Part shown: one piece after another, positions 37,537 through 46,489 of the stretch
Numbering within the stretch: the first letter of the stretch is position 1
Layout: each line of letters opens with the position of its first letter
Assembly (NCBI GenBank): GCA_963752505.1
Contig: CAVVYM010000001.1
Span: forward strand, 87,411 to 151,410
Source of the DNA: an uncultured Actinomycetes bacterium
GTDB taxonomy: Bacteria; Actinomycetota; Actinomycetes; S36-B12; UBA10799
Length of the DNA: 64,000 nt
Reading direction: 5' to 3'
Made by a program: the position numbers and the translations under genes
The notes under the pieces: generated by a model
Seen by the model: only the letters and a program-made list of their open reading frames with translations
Told to the model about the DNA's origin: nothing
The model's database searches: none

Positions 37537-38657
37537 TTGCCGCCGAAGGCGTCTTTGAGCCGCTTAAACATGCCGGCGTGTTGCGGCTCCGGCTCGCCGC
37601 TGGGGTTCTCCTCCCCGCGAATAGCCGCCAGTTCGCGCAGCAACTCGGTCTGCCGTGGGTCAAGCCGCGTCGGGGTGGTGACATCGATGTGGACGATCAT
37701 GTCGCCACGGCCGCCACCTCGCAGATGGGTGACACCGGCACCCCTGATGGTCTGCGACGAGCCGGGCTGCGTGCCCGGCCGGATCACGATCTCGACCGTG
37801 TCGTCCAGCGTGGTGAATTGCAGCGTGGCTCCCAGCGCGGCGGCCGTCATGGGCAAACTGAGGGTGGCGTGCAGGTCGTCTCCGCGCCGGGTGAACACCG
37901 GATGCGGCCGTTCCACGACTTCGACGTAAAGGTCGCCGGGCGGACCGGCACCCGGACCTACCTCGCCTTCACCGGAAAGCCTGATCCTGGTGCCCGACTC
38001 GACGCCGGCGGGGATCTTGACCGAGACCGTCCGCCGAGTTCGGACGCGACCATCCCCCGCGCACTCCGGGCAAGGGTGCGGAATCAGGGTGCCGTAACCG
38101 CGACATTGCGGGCAGGCACGCGCGGTCATCACCTGCCCGAGGAATGAGCGCTGAACGCTCTGAATCTGGCCGCGACCGTGGCACATCGTGCAGGTCACTT
38201 CCTCGGTACCGACCGCCGCGCCCCGGCCCTCACAGGTGGGGCAGGCCACCGCGGTATCGACCGTGATGTCCTTCACTGTGCCGAACGCCGATTCGGCTAA
38301 GTCCAGTTCGACTGTGAGCAGCGCATCCTGGCCGCGCCGCACCCGCGAGCGCGGACCCTGCTGGCCACCGCCGCCGAAGAAGGCGTCCATGATGTCGCCG
38401 AAGCCGAAACCCGCCTGACCGAATCCCTGTGCCCCGCCACCGGCAGCCGCACGCGGGTCGGCACCCAAGTCGTACATCTGACGCTTCTCAGGATCCGCCA
38501 GCACCTCGTAGGCCGCGGTGACTTCCTTGAAACGCTCGTGGGTGGCCGGGTCAGGATTCACGTCAGGGTGCAACTGACGGGCCAGTTTGCGGTAGGCGCG
38601 TTTGATTTCCTCGCCCGTCGCGTCGCGTGACACGCCAAGGAGTTCGTAGTAGTCCAC
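37533..38657 (-). CDS. dnaJ: Chaperone DnaJ
   Basis: J domain DYYELLGVSRDAT...LHPDVNP and four CxxCxGxG repeats (CPTCEGRG, CTMCHGRG, CPQCRGYG, CPECAGDG). Start placed at GTG 38657. Confidence 0.95.
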   Translation of the reverse strand: MDYYELLGVSRDATGEEIKRAYRKLARQLHPDVNPDPATHERFKEVTAAYEVLADPEKRQMYDLGADPRAAAGGGAQGFGQAGFGFGDIMDAFFGGGGQQGPRSRVRRGQDALLTVELDLAESAFGTVKDITVDTAVACPTCEGRGAAVGTEEVTCTMCHGRGQIQSVQRSFLGQVMTARACPQCRGYGTLIPHPCPECAGDGRVRTRRTVSVKIPAGVESGTRIRLSGEGEVGPGAGPPGDLYVEVVERPHPVFTRRGDDLHATLSLPMTAAALGATLQFTTLDDTVEIVIRPGTQPGSSQTIRGAGVTHLRGGGRGDMIVHIDVTTPTRLDPRQTELLRELAAIRGEENPSGEPEPQHAGMFKRLKDAFGGK

Positions 38658-38733
38658 TACTTGTCCGTCCTGTTCATCGATGAGCCTCAAAGGAGAGCAG
38701 CGACCCGACACCGCACGGTCGTTGCGTGCGGAG

Positions 38734-39759
38734 TTAGCCGGTATCCGTGACGATGCGCCCCAGATATCGTGCGACAGCCTGTACCGCGGTCATGGTGGCG
38801 GGGTAGTCCATCCGGGTTGGCCCCACAACGCCCAACTTGGCCAGCACGAGTTCGTCCGTTCCGTAGCCCGACACCACAACGGAAGCTTTCGTCAGCCCGC
38901 TGTCCACGTTCTCATTGCCGATGAGCACCCGCACGTCCTGGGTGGCCGAGACCTCGCCCATGAGCCGCAGCAGCACCATTTGCTCCTCGAGTGCCTCGAA
39001 GACCCGATCGAGAGAGTTGCCGAAATCGTCCCATTCGCGGGCCAGATTGGCCGTTCCGGAGTAGACCAGGCGATCTTCTCGTCGTTCCGTGGCAGCCTCG
39101 GCCACTGCCGCGGCTATCGCGGTGAGCGTGGCCTGTTCCACCTCGGGGTGGGCATCGGCGAAGCCGGCCAGGCGGGTCTCTACTTCGGCCACATCGCATC
39201 CGCTGACCATCCGGTTGACGCGGTCGCGCACCTGCACCAGGGACTCCTGATCCAACTCGGTATCGACCTCGACGATTCGTTGGTCAACTCGGCCCGATTC
39301 GGCGATGACGACCACGAGCACGCGACGTGCAGAGAGGCAGACGACCTCCACGTGGCGAACGGTTGACCGACTTAGCGACGGGTACTGCACGACCGCGAGT
39401 TGCTTGGTCAACTGCGCCAGCAGGCGAACCGTGCGTTCCACCGCATCATCGAGGTCCACCGGCTCGGCGAGGAAGGTCTGGATCGCCCGACGCTCCGACT
39501 GACTCAGCGGGCGTAACTCGACCAGGTGGTCGACGAAGAGCCGGTAGCCCTTGTCGGTAGGGATGCGCCCCGCGCTGGTGTGGGGGGCGGTGATGTAGCC
39601 CTCCTCTTCGAGGATCGCCATGTCGTTGCGAATCGTCGCCGGGCTGACTCCCAGCTGGTGGCGTTCCACGAGGACCTTGGATCCAACGGGCTCGCGCGAC
39701 CTCACGTAGTCGGCGACGATCGCGCGCAGTACCGCACGCTTGCGCTCATCGAGCATCAT
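38734..39759 (-). CDS. hrcA: Heat-inducible transcription repressor HrcA
   Basis: N-terminal winged helix MMLDERKRAVLRAIVADYV..EPVGSKVLVERH...SPATIRNDMAILEEEGYI. A CIRCE operator lies just upstream. Confidence 0.95.
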   Translation of the reverse strand: MMLDERKRAVLRAIVADYVRSREPVGSKVLVERHQLGVSPATIRNDMAILEEEGYITAPHTSAGRIPTDKGYRLFVDHLVELRPLSQSERRAIQTFLAEPVDLDDAVERTVRLLAQLTKQLAVVQYPSLSRSTVRHVEVVCLSARRVLVVVIAESGRVDQRIVEVDTELDQESLVQVRDRVNRMVSGCDVAEVETRLAGFADAHPEVEQATLTAIAAAVAEAATERREDRLVYSGTANLAREWDDFGNSLDRVFEALEEQMVLLRLMGEVSATQDVRVLIGNENVDSGLTKASVVVSGYGTDELVLAKLGVVGPTRMDYPATMTAVQAVARYLGRIVTDTG

Positions 39760-39783
39760 CGCCTCCTCTCCGGCCGTGCCGCC

Positions 39784-39810
39784 ACTGGCACTCACGTACT
39801 TGGAGTGCCA
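39784..39810. promoter_or_regulatory. CIRCE operator (HrcA binding site)
   Basis: Perfect inverted repeat CTGGCACTC-N9-GAGTGCCAG, compared with consensus TTAGCACTC-N9-GAGTGCTAA, 25 nt upstream of the hrcA start. Confidence 0.85.
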
Positions 39811-39971
39811 GTTTAGTGCCCCTGGCCGCAATCGCCCACCAGGAGGATCGAGCCGGCCCGCCGCCACCCGGCCGGATTAGTTGATCTCAATGTCCATCAC
39901 ATACCCGCAGTCCGGCGCTAGCATCCAGAAGGTAGTTGTGATTTCTTTACCCTTGACACCTTGGAGGCACG

Positions 39972-40787
39972 ATGTCGGCCAACCCCCCAGTTCCCCCTCC
40001 CCCGCCCGGCGGAGGAATTCCGCCTACCCCACCTCCGCCACCCGGCGGGGGGATGCCGCCCGCCATGCCGTCGGGCGCCGGGCCGCAAGTCGGCGACGGA
40101 ATCAAGTGGGCATTCAATAAGTTTGGGCAAAACGCCGGCATCTTGATCGCCTTCGCGGCGGTCATCATGGTGGTCCAGTTCCTCGGCTACCTCGCCCGAA
40201 ATGCAACCTCGACCACTGTGGACACATTCAACGATTGTGACGGTCTCACTGGCGAGGCACTGGCCAACTGCCTCCTCGAAGGGCCGGATTCCGTCGGATT
40301 CGTCGCCGGCATGGGAATCCTGTCGATCCTCCTGGGCATCCTCTTCTGGGTGCTGGCCACGATCGCTCAGATCGGACTGATCAACGCCTCCCTGAAGATC
40401 ACGCGCGGCGAGAAGCCGGAGTTCTCCGACCTGTGGAACCCGCGGCACTTCTGGCAGTACGCCTTTGTTTCCATCCTGCTCGGCCTCGCCGTCGGCTTCG
40501 GCCTGGTGCTGTGCATCATCCCCGGCCTGCTCGCGATTTGGGCCTGGCAGTTCGCACAGTACTCCGCGTTGGATACGGGCAAGGGAGTGTTCGCGTCGTT
40601 CGGTGAATCGTGGCGCATGGTGTCGGCCAACAAGTCAACCGCTGTCATCACACTCGTGGTTGTCGCGGTCGCGTCGTTGATCACGGTCATCACCTGCGGT
40701 TTCGGTGCCTTGGTCGTTGCCCCGTTCCAGACCTTGTTCATCGCGAACATGTACCGGCAGTTCCGTAACGAGCCCCTCGCTGCGTAG
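39972..40787 (+). CDS. Proline-rich N-terminus integral membrane protein (paralog A)
   Basis: MSANPPVPPPPPGGGIPPTPPPPPGGGMPP followed by about 5 TM segments. Similar architecture and leader (TGGAGGCACGATG) to the next gene. Confidence 0.7.
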   Translation: MSANPPVPPPPPGGGIPPTPPPPPGGGMPPAMPSGAGPQVGDGIKWAFNKFGQNAGILIAFAAVIMVVQFLGYLARNATSTTVDTFNDCDGLTGEALANCLLEGPDSVGFVAGMGILSILLGILFWVLATIAQIGLINASLKITRGEKPEFSDLWNPRHFWQYAFVSILLGLAVGFGLVLCIIPGLLAIWAWQFAQYSALDTGKGVFASFGESWRMVSANKSTAVITLVVVAVASLITVITCGFGALVVAPFQTLFIANMYRQFRNEPLAA

Positions 40788-40881
40788 TCGGCAGACACTG
40801 TGAACGACTACCATGCGAAATGCACCTTTTGACACAATTACGCATCATTTGGCCGCCACCCACCCCGCAACTGGAGGCATG

Positions 40882-41820
40882 ATGTCCACCAACCCACCAG
40901 GTCCACCGGGATCCGTACCTCCCCCACCACCTGGGGGAACCCCACCGCCGCCTCCACCAGGTGGTGGCTACCCGCCCGGCCCCCCAGGTGGTGGCTACCC
41001 GCCGCCGCCAGGTGGTGGCTACCCGCCCGGCCCCCCAGGTGGTGGCTACCCACCGCCGCCAGGCGGCCCACCTCCCGGGCAGCCCGGCTACCCGGGTGCG
41101 CCAGGTGCGCAGGGCTTCTCGGTCACCGAGGCGATCAGCTACGGGTGGAAAAAGTTCACCGAAAACTGGCAGCCCTACGTCCTGGCTCTCGTCGTCTTTG
41201 CGGCAGTTGGTGCCGTGCTCTACGGCATCTACTACGCGATCCTCGGCCTATTCGGGTTCTTCAGCTCCGAGAACGTCTTCGAAGTGGATCCGGTCACCGG
41301 CGAGGTGGTGACAAGCGCTGGCGCCGGAACGTCATTCATCGGCGGCTTGGTGCTCGCGGGCCTGATCTCGCTGGTGTTCGCGGTGTATGGCTGGTTCGTG
41401 CAGTCCGCCATCATCCGCGGCACGCTTGCCACCACGGCAGGGCGCCCGGTGGAGTTCAAGTCGTTCTTCGTCACGGACAAACTGGGCAGCATCATCGGGG
41501 CCGGCGTGCTGGTGGGCATCATGACGTCCATCGGCTTCGTCTTGTGCTATCTCCCCGGATTGATTGTTGCCTTCCTGTCGCAGTTCTTCATGTTCTTCAT
41601 CCTCGACCGGAACCTGGGCGTCATCGATTCGATCAAGGCCAGCTGGAGCTTCGTGTTCAGTAACCTCGGACCTCTGATCCTGCTGTTCCTGCTCTCGATG
41701 GTGGTCTACTTCGTCGGTGCCCTGCTCTGCGGCGTCGGCTTGCTGGCGGCGATTCCTGTGATCGTCATCGCGCAGACCTACGCCTACCGTCTACTGCAGG
41801 GCGGAACAGTCGCACCGTAG
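40882..41820 (+). CDS. Proline-rich N-terminus integral membrane protein (paralog B)
   Basis: MSTNPPGPPGSVPPPPPGG..(GGGYPPGPPGGGYPPPP)x2, then ISYGWKKFTENWQPYVL and TM segments. Leader CTGGAGGCATGATG; the start could be 40879 or 40882. Confidence 0.7.
   Translation: MSTNPPGPPGSVPPPPPGGTPPPPPPGGGYPPGPPGGGYPPPPGGGYPPGPPGGGYPPPPGGPPPGQPGYPGAPGAQGFSVTEAISYGWKKFTENWQPYVLALVVFAAVGAVLYGIYYAILGLFGFFSSENVFEVDPVTGEVVTSAGAGTSFIGGLVLAGLISLVFAVYGWFVQSAIIRGTLATTAGRPVEFKSFFVTDKLGSIIGAGVLVGIMTSIGFVLCYLPGLIVAFLSQFFMFFILDRNLGVIDSIKASWSFVFSNLGPLILLFLLSMVVYFVGALLCGVGLLAAIPVIVIAQTYAYRLLQGGTVAP
40960..41061. repeat. 51-bp in-frame tandem duplication (2 units, 1 mismatch)
   Basis: GGTGGTGGCTACCCGCCCGGCCCCCCAGGTGGTGGCTACCCGCCGCCGCCA repeated at 40960-41010 and 41011-41061. 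Confidence 0.85.
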
Positions 41821-41877
41821 CCAGGCGACCAACGGGTGGGGGCCTCAGGATTCTCCTGGGGCCCCCACCCGTTTCGT

Positions 41878-41945
41878 GAGTGCACACCTTCGTCGCACTA
41901 GGCGACCGATGTGGCCCCCCTAGTGTGAAGAACCCGTACACACGC
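41878..41945. repeat. REP-like palindrome, copy 4 (intact left arm, decayed right arm)
   Basis: GAGTGCACACCTTCGTCGCACTAGG (41878-41902) has the same core as copy 1. The partner arm CCTAGTGTGAAGAACCCGTACACAC is only partly complementary. Confidence 0.6.
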
Positions 41946-42063
41946 GGGGAATGCATGGTGGTCGTCCTGGGGCTGCGGGTGCGTCGGGCCGGCCTCCGTG
42001 CAGAATGGCGTCAAGGTGGCTACTGGCCATGGCCGACGAAGACAACGAAGGAAGTTGACAGCG

Positions 42064-43191
42064 ATGGCGCGAATCGGCGTGTTCCTCATCGCGGTGATCG
42101 CACCGGTCGCGGTGTTGGCCGCGTGCGGCGAAGGCTCCACGCAGTCGAGTGACCGACCATCCGTCCCCACGTCTACGTCGACTGAGTTGCCAATAGCTGA
42201 AGGTGATTCCGAGGATGCGGTCCGCATCGACGGGATCATCGCCGAAGGACTTAACGCCCCCTGGTCGGTGGCCTTCCTCGCAGACGGCTCCGCGCTGGTG
42301 ACCCAGCGCGACGACGCCGACGTGGTGCACCTCTCCGAATCGTCACTCGGCACCTGGGACGCCGACATCGTGGGCGACGTCGCGGGGGTCTCCAACGACG
42401 GCGAGGGTGGCCTCATGGGCATTGCCGTGGCACCGGGAGCCCCCGACCAGGTGTACCTCTACTGGAGCACGGCTGAGGACAACCGCATCGGGGTGGCCAC
42501 CTGGGACGGATCCACCCTGGGCGAGCCAAGTGTGATCCTTGAGGGCATCCCGCACGCCGCCATTCACGACGGCGGTCGAATCGTCTTTGGGCCGGACGGC
42601 AACCTGTATGTGGGCACGGGCGATGCTGGAGACGCGGACCTGGCCCAGGATCCTGCGAGCCTCGCTGGCAAGATTCTACGGATTTCCCCGGATGGCTCTG
42701 TGCCTGCCGACAACCCCGTGCCGGGTTCGGCGGTGTATTCGCTGGGGCACCGAAACGTGCAGGGGCTGGCGTTCGACCCCGAGGGCCGGCTGTGGGCCAG
42801 CGAGTTCGGTTCCGGCGATGTGGACGAGTTGAACCTGATCGTGCCAGGCGGCAACTACGGTTGGCCGATTCACGAGGGTGCCGCAGGTGACCCCAGGTTC
42901 ATCGACCCTGCCGCTGCTTGGAGCCCCACTTCCATCGCTTCGCCGAGCGGCATGGCGATTCTCGCTGGTCAGGCGTGGGTCGCGACTCTTCGTGGGGCCT
43001 CGTTGTGGCAGGTGCCGCTCGATGGCGCGACCGCGTCGGAACCAATTCCGCACCTCGCCGGCACATTAGGCCGACTGAGGGATGTGGTCGTGGCACCCGA
43101 CGGCCAGTTGTGGCTGGTCACCAACAACACGGACGGCCGCGGCACGCCCACGCCCGAGGACGACCGCATCGTGGCTCTGCAGGTTGGCTAG
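42064..43191 (+). CDS. PQQ-dependent sugar (glucose/sorbosone) dehydrogenase-like lipoprotein
   Basis: Lipobox VLAAC. Beta-propeller sGDH-like motifs (GGLMGIAV, HDGGRIVFGPDGNLYVGTGD, GHRNVQGLAFDPEGRLWASEFG, NYGWP). Confidence 0.8.
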   Translation: MARIGVFLIAVIAPVAVLAACGEGSTQSSDRPSVPTSTSTELPIAEGDSEDAVRIDGIIAEGLNAPWSVAFLADGSALVTQRDDADVVHLSESSLGTWDADIVGDVAGVSNDGEGGLMGIAVAPGAPDQVYLYWSTAEDNRIGVATWDGSTLGEPSVILEGIPHAAIHDGGRIVFGPDGNLYVGTGDAGDADLAQDPASLAGKILRISPDGSVPADNPVPGSAVYSLGHRNVQGLAFDPEGRLWASEFGSGDVDELNLIVPGGNYGWPIHEGAAGDPRFIDPAAAWSPTSIASPSGMAILAGQAWVATLRGASLWQVPLDGATASEPIPHLAGTLGRLRDVVVAPDGQLWLVTNNTDGRGTPTPEDDRIVALQVG

Positions 43192-44375
43192 TCGTCTACC
43201 TGTGCCAGCCGAAGGGTGACGGCATCGCCCAACAATCGGCCCGGGAGTGTGAGGACGTAGGCGTCGCCTTGCCTCGCCATCAGCCCGTCGGACACCAGCA
43301 ATTCGAGTTCCGAACGGACGGCGTCGCGGTCGGGGGTCAACCCCTGACGCAGTCGAACTGCCAGCATGAGCGCCTCGAGCCGCCGCTCGTCGGGCGTGAT
43401 CTCTTCGTAGTCGGCCACCGGCAGCCGACCGCTCGCCAATTGCTGCGCGTAAGTCCTGGGGTGCTTGACGTTCACTGACCGGATCCCGCCGACGTAACTG
43501 TGGGCACCCGGGCCGAACCCCCACCACTCGGCATCGACATTCCAGTAGTTCAGGTTGTGACGGCATTCCTGCCCAGCTTTGGCCCAGTTGGAGATCTCGT
43601 ACCACGACAGCCCCGCGGCAGTGAAGGCTTCCTCGGCCGCCTCGTAGCGTGCCGCGGCAACGTCCGGATCCGGCGCAGGCAGGACGCCCCGGCGCACCGC
43701 CGCTCCCATCGCCGTGCCGTGCTCGACCGTGAGGGCATAGGCGGAGACGTGGTCCACGTCAGCTGCGATCACGGCCGCCAGCGAATCCTCCCAATCCTTC
43801 GCCGATTCCCCCGGAGTGCCGTAGATGAGGTCGAGGCTGATGCGCCGGAAACCAGCCTGCCGGGCCTGGCTGACCACCGTAGGGATCCGGCCCGCTGTGT
43901 GGCGCCGATCGAGGATCTTGAGCACCCGCGGCGATGCGCTCTGCATGCCGAGGCTCAGCCGAGTGAAGCCACGCTGGCGCAACTCGGTGAGATAGCAGAG
44001 ATCAACCGATTCCGGGTTGGCTTCCGTAGTGACTTCCACGTCATCAGCTAGTCCGAAGGTGGCCTCAAGGTGGTCGAGAACCTCGGCCAGATCGGTCGCC
44101 GGGAGCAACGTTGGAGTACCGCCGCCGAAGAACACCGTGCTGAGCGACCGCCCGGGGCGCCACATCTGGGCAACGAGGTCGATCTCGCGCTTGACGTCCA
44201 GCACGTAGGTGTCCGAGCGCACGCCCGGACCGAGTTCGGACGCCGTGTAGGTGTTGAAGTCGCAGTAGCCGCATCGGCTTTGGCAGTAGGGGACGTGGAC
44301 GTACGCTCCGACCGGGCCGTGGCTAGGCCCCGCTCGATGTACCTCGGTCAGCGGTGGCACGTTGTTGATTCTCAC
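43188..44375 (-). CDS. hemW: Radical SAM heme chaperone HemW (oxygen-independent coproporphyrinogen oxidase-like)
   Basis: YVHVPYCQSRCGYCDFNTY (CxxxCxxC), FFGGGTP, and a HemN_C-like C-terminus. Confidence 0.92.
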   Translation of the reverse strand: MRINNVPPLTEVHRAGPSHGPVGAYVHVPYCQSRCGYCDFNTYTASELGPGVRSDTYVLDVKREIDLVAQMWRPGRSLSTVFFGGGTPTLLPATDLAEVLDHLEATFGLADDVEVTTEANPESVDLCYLTELRQRGFTRLSLGMQSASPRVLKILDRRHTAGRIPTVVSQARQAGFRRISLDLIYGTPGESAKDWEDSLAAVIAADVDHVSAYALTVEHGTAMGAAVRRGVLPAPDPDVAAARYEAAEEAFTAAGLSWYEISNWAKAGQECRHNLNYWNVDAEWWGFGPGAHSYVGGIRSVNVKHPRTYAQQLASGRLPVADYEEITPDERRLEALMLAVRLRQGLTPDRDAVRSELELLVSDGLMARQGDAYVLTLPGRLLGDAVTLRLAQVDD

Positions 44376-44457
44376 ACGTCAGTGGACGCCGGACATGCGA
44401 AACTCCCGGCGGAACACCCCACTGGGGCGCTCCGCCGGGAGCCTGTCGCTGGATGGA

Positions 44458-46338
44458 TCAGGCGTACATGCTGTCCAGGATGTCGCGGTACTTGTCCTCG
44501 ACAACCTTGCGCTTGACCTTCAAGCTGGGGGTGAGCTCGCCGGTGTCGATGCTCAGCGGGGCTTCCAGGATCTCGAACTTCTTGATCGTCTCCCACTTGT
44601 TGAGCTCGGTGTTGAGCTTCTCGATGTTGCCCGACATCTCAGCGTGCATCGCATCGCTGTCGGCAATCGCCTTGAACTGCGCGGCCTGCTCGTCGTCGGC
44701 GGGGCCGACTCCTGCTTCCCAGGTCGCAGGCATGCCGTTCTCCTGTGCCCAGACCAGAGTCGCGTCGGGGTCGAGCGCCACGAGTGCGGAAGCGAAGTTG
44801 CGGTTGTTGGCGTGCACCACGAGCGCCTGTGCAAGGCCGCTGATGGCCTTGAACTTGCCCTCAATGGCGCTCGGGGCGATGTACTTGCCGCCGGAGGTCT
44901 TGACGAGGTCCTTCTTGCGGTCGGTGATCTTGACCCGACCCTTCTCGTCGATCTGACCGATGTCGCCGGTGGAGAACCAGCCGTCGCCGTGCTCGAAGAC
45001 CTCGGCGTTGGCGTCGGGCAGGTTGCGGTAACCGCGCATGACGCCCGGACCGCGAACCAGGATTTCGCCGTCGTCGGCGATCCCGATTTCGGTGCCCGCC
45101 ATCGGCTCACCAACGGTGCCGAAGACGACGTTGTCAGGCCGCACGATGCAGGTTGCAGCAGACGTTTCGGTGAGGCCGTAACCCTCCAGAATGGTGAGGT
45201 TGGCCGCGTCGAACCACTCCGCGATGGTTCCGGAGAGTGCCGCCGAACCGGACACGAAGTAACGGATCCTGCCGCCCATCTTCTCGTGCAGCTTGGAGAA
45301 GACCAGTTTGGTGGCGAGGTTGTTCTGCCAACCGCCGTGCGGCTGACCAGCCCGACGCTTCGCCGCTTCACGCTTGCCAACCTCGAACGCCCAGTTGAAG
45401 ATCTTTGCCTTCATGCCGCCGGCCGAGGTGCCGTTCTTGATCGCCCCGGCGTAGATCTTCTCGAAGATTCGCGGCACGCCAGCCATGAAGGTGGGCTGGA
45501 CGACTGGGAGGTTCTCCACAATCTTCGGGACCCGACCATCGACCGCGGTCGCGAAGCCGATCTGCAACTGACCGGCCTCGAGCACCTTGCCGAAGGAGTG
45601 CGCCAACGGCAGCCACAGGAACTGCACGTCGTCCACGTTGAGGATGCCGATCGCATCCATGGCGGCACCCTCGTAGGTCCAATTGGAGTGGGTGAGTTCC
45701 ACGCCCTTGGGCTTGCCGGTGGTACCGGAGGTGTAGATGAGGGTCGCCAGGTTGTCACCCGAGATCGAGGCGCTGCGCTCGTTGACAGCGTCGGGGTTCT
45801 CGGCCAGGAAGTCACGGCCGAGCGCGCGCAGGGCTTCCGTGCTGATGGCCCAGTCGCCGTCGCCTTCGCCGTCAATGACGATGACCTTGCGCAGGTCGGG
45901 CAACTGGTCGCGGGTGTTGCGCACCTTCTCGACCTGCGATTCGTCCTCGGCGAAGAGAATCACGACGTCGGCGTCGGAGAGGATGTACGCGACATCCTCT
46001 TCGCCCGTCGAGGGGTAGACCGTGGTGGTCGCACCGCCGGCGAGCATGATGCCGAGGTCAGCGTTGATCCACTCGAGACGGGTGTTGGAGGCGATTCCTA
46101 CGCGTTCTTCGGTCTTCAGTCCGAGGGACAGCAGTCCGGCAGCGAGCAGCGTGGCCTCATCGAAGGTTTCTTTCCACGTGAACGACTGCCATCCGCCTTC
46201 TGCGGTGGGTTTGCGGAACGCCTCGCGGTCGGGCGTTTTCGCTACTCGGTCGATGAGCATCTGCGCAACGGTCGTGTTCTGTTGCGGCAAGGACTCCCGA
46301 GCCTTGGTGATTTCCACTGCTGGTTCCTCCGATTCCAC
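44458..46338 (-). CDS. Long-chain fatty-acid--CoA ligase (AMP-binding enzyme)
   Basis: AMP-binding motif IYTSGTTGKPKGVELTH, GYGLTETS, and WFSTGDIG...TDRKKDLVKTSGGKYIAP. Confidence 0.92.
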   Translation of the reverse strand: MESEEPAVEITKARESLPQQNTTVAQMLIDRVAKTPDREAFRKPTAEGGWQSFTWKETFDEATLLAAGLLSLGLKTEERVGIASNTRLEWINADLGIMLAGGATTTVYPSTGEEDVAYILSDADVVILFAEDESQVEKVRNTRDQLPDLRKVIVIDGEGDGDWAISTEALRALGRDFLAENPDAVNERSASISGDNLATLIYTSGTTGKPKGVELTHSNWTYEGAAMDAIGILNVDDVQFLWLPLAHSFGKVLEAGQLQIGFATAVDGRVPKIVENLPVVQPTFMAGVPRIFEKIYAGAIKNGTSAGGMKAKIFNWAFEVGKREAAKRRAGQPHGGWQNNLATKLVFSKLHEKMGGRIRYFVSGSAALSGTIAEWFDAANLTILEGYGLTETSAATCIVRPDNVVFGTVGEPMAGTEIGIADDGEILVRGPGVMRGYRNLPDANAEVFEHGDGWFSTGDIGQIDEKGRVKITDRKKDLVKTSGGKYIAPSAIEGKFKAISGLAQALVVHANNRNFASALVALDPDATLVWAQENGMPATWEAGVGPADDEQAAQFKAIADSDAMHAEMSGNIEKLNTELNKWETIKKFEILEAPLSIDTGELTPSLKVKRKVVEDKYRDILDSMYA

Positions 46339-46489
46339 CGGCCGAATCTCGGCCGGACGTTAATTGAGCCTAGGGGTTCTCATGGTGAAATGCCGTGACG
46401 CACGTGATGAATCTCACCGTGTCAACCGGATTGTAGGCGCAAAGTCACTCGGAGTCATCCACTCACCCGTACCAATCTTCTGCCGAGCG

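Noticed and set aside
44362-46398. 678-aa ORF on the plus strand. Similar very long ORFs occur at 26390..27859, 24972..26642, 21225..22601, 12859..14400 and 7995..9218.
   Set aside because: Each lies antisense to a gene with unmistakable motifs (acyl-CoA ligase, glyQS, dus, dnaG, acyltransferase, glgP). Their translations are Arg/Gly/His/Val-rich with no motifs. These are typical stop-poor shadow ORFs of GC-rich DNA.
46339-46489. Imperfect palindrome GGTGAAATGCCGTGACGCACGTGATGAATCTCACC upstream of the acyl-CoA ligase, as a possible FadR/TetR operator.
   Set aside because: The arms are short and imperfect, and no regulator gene is adjacent. There is not enough evidence to call a site.
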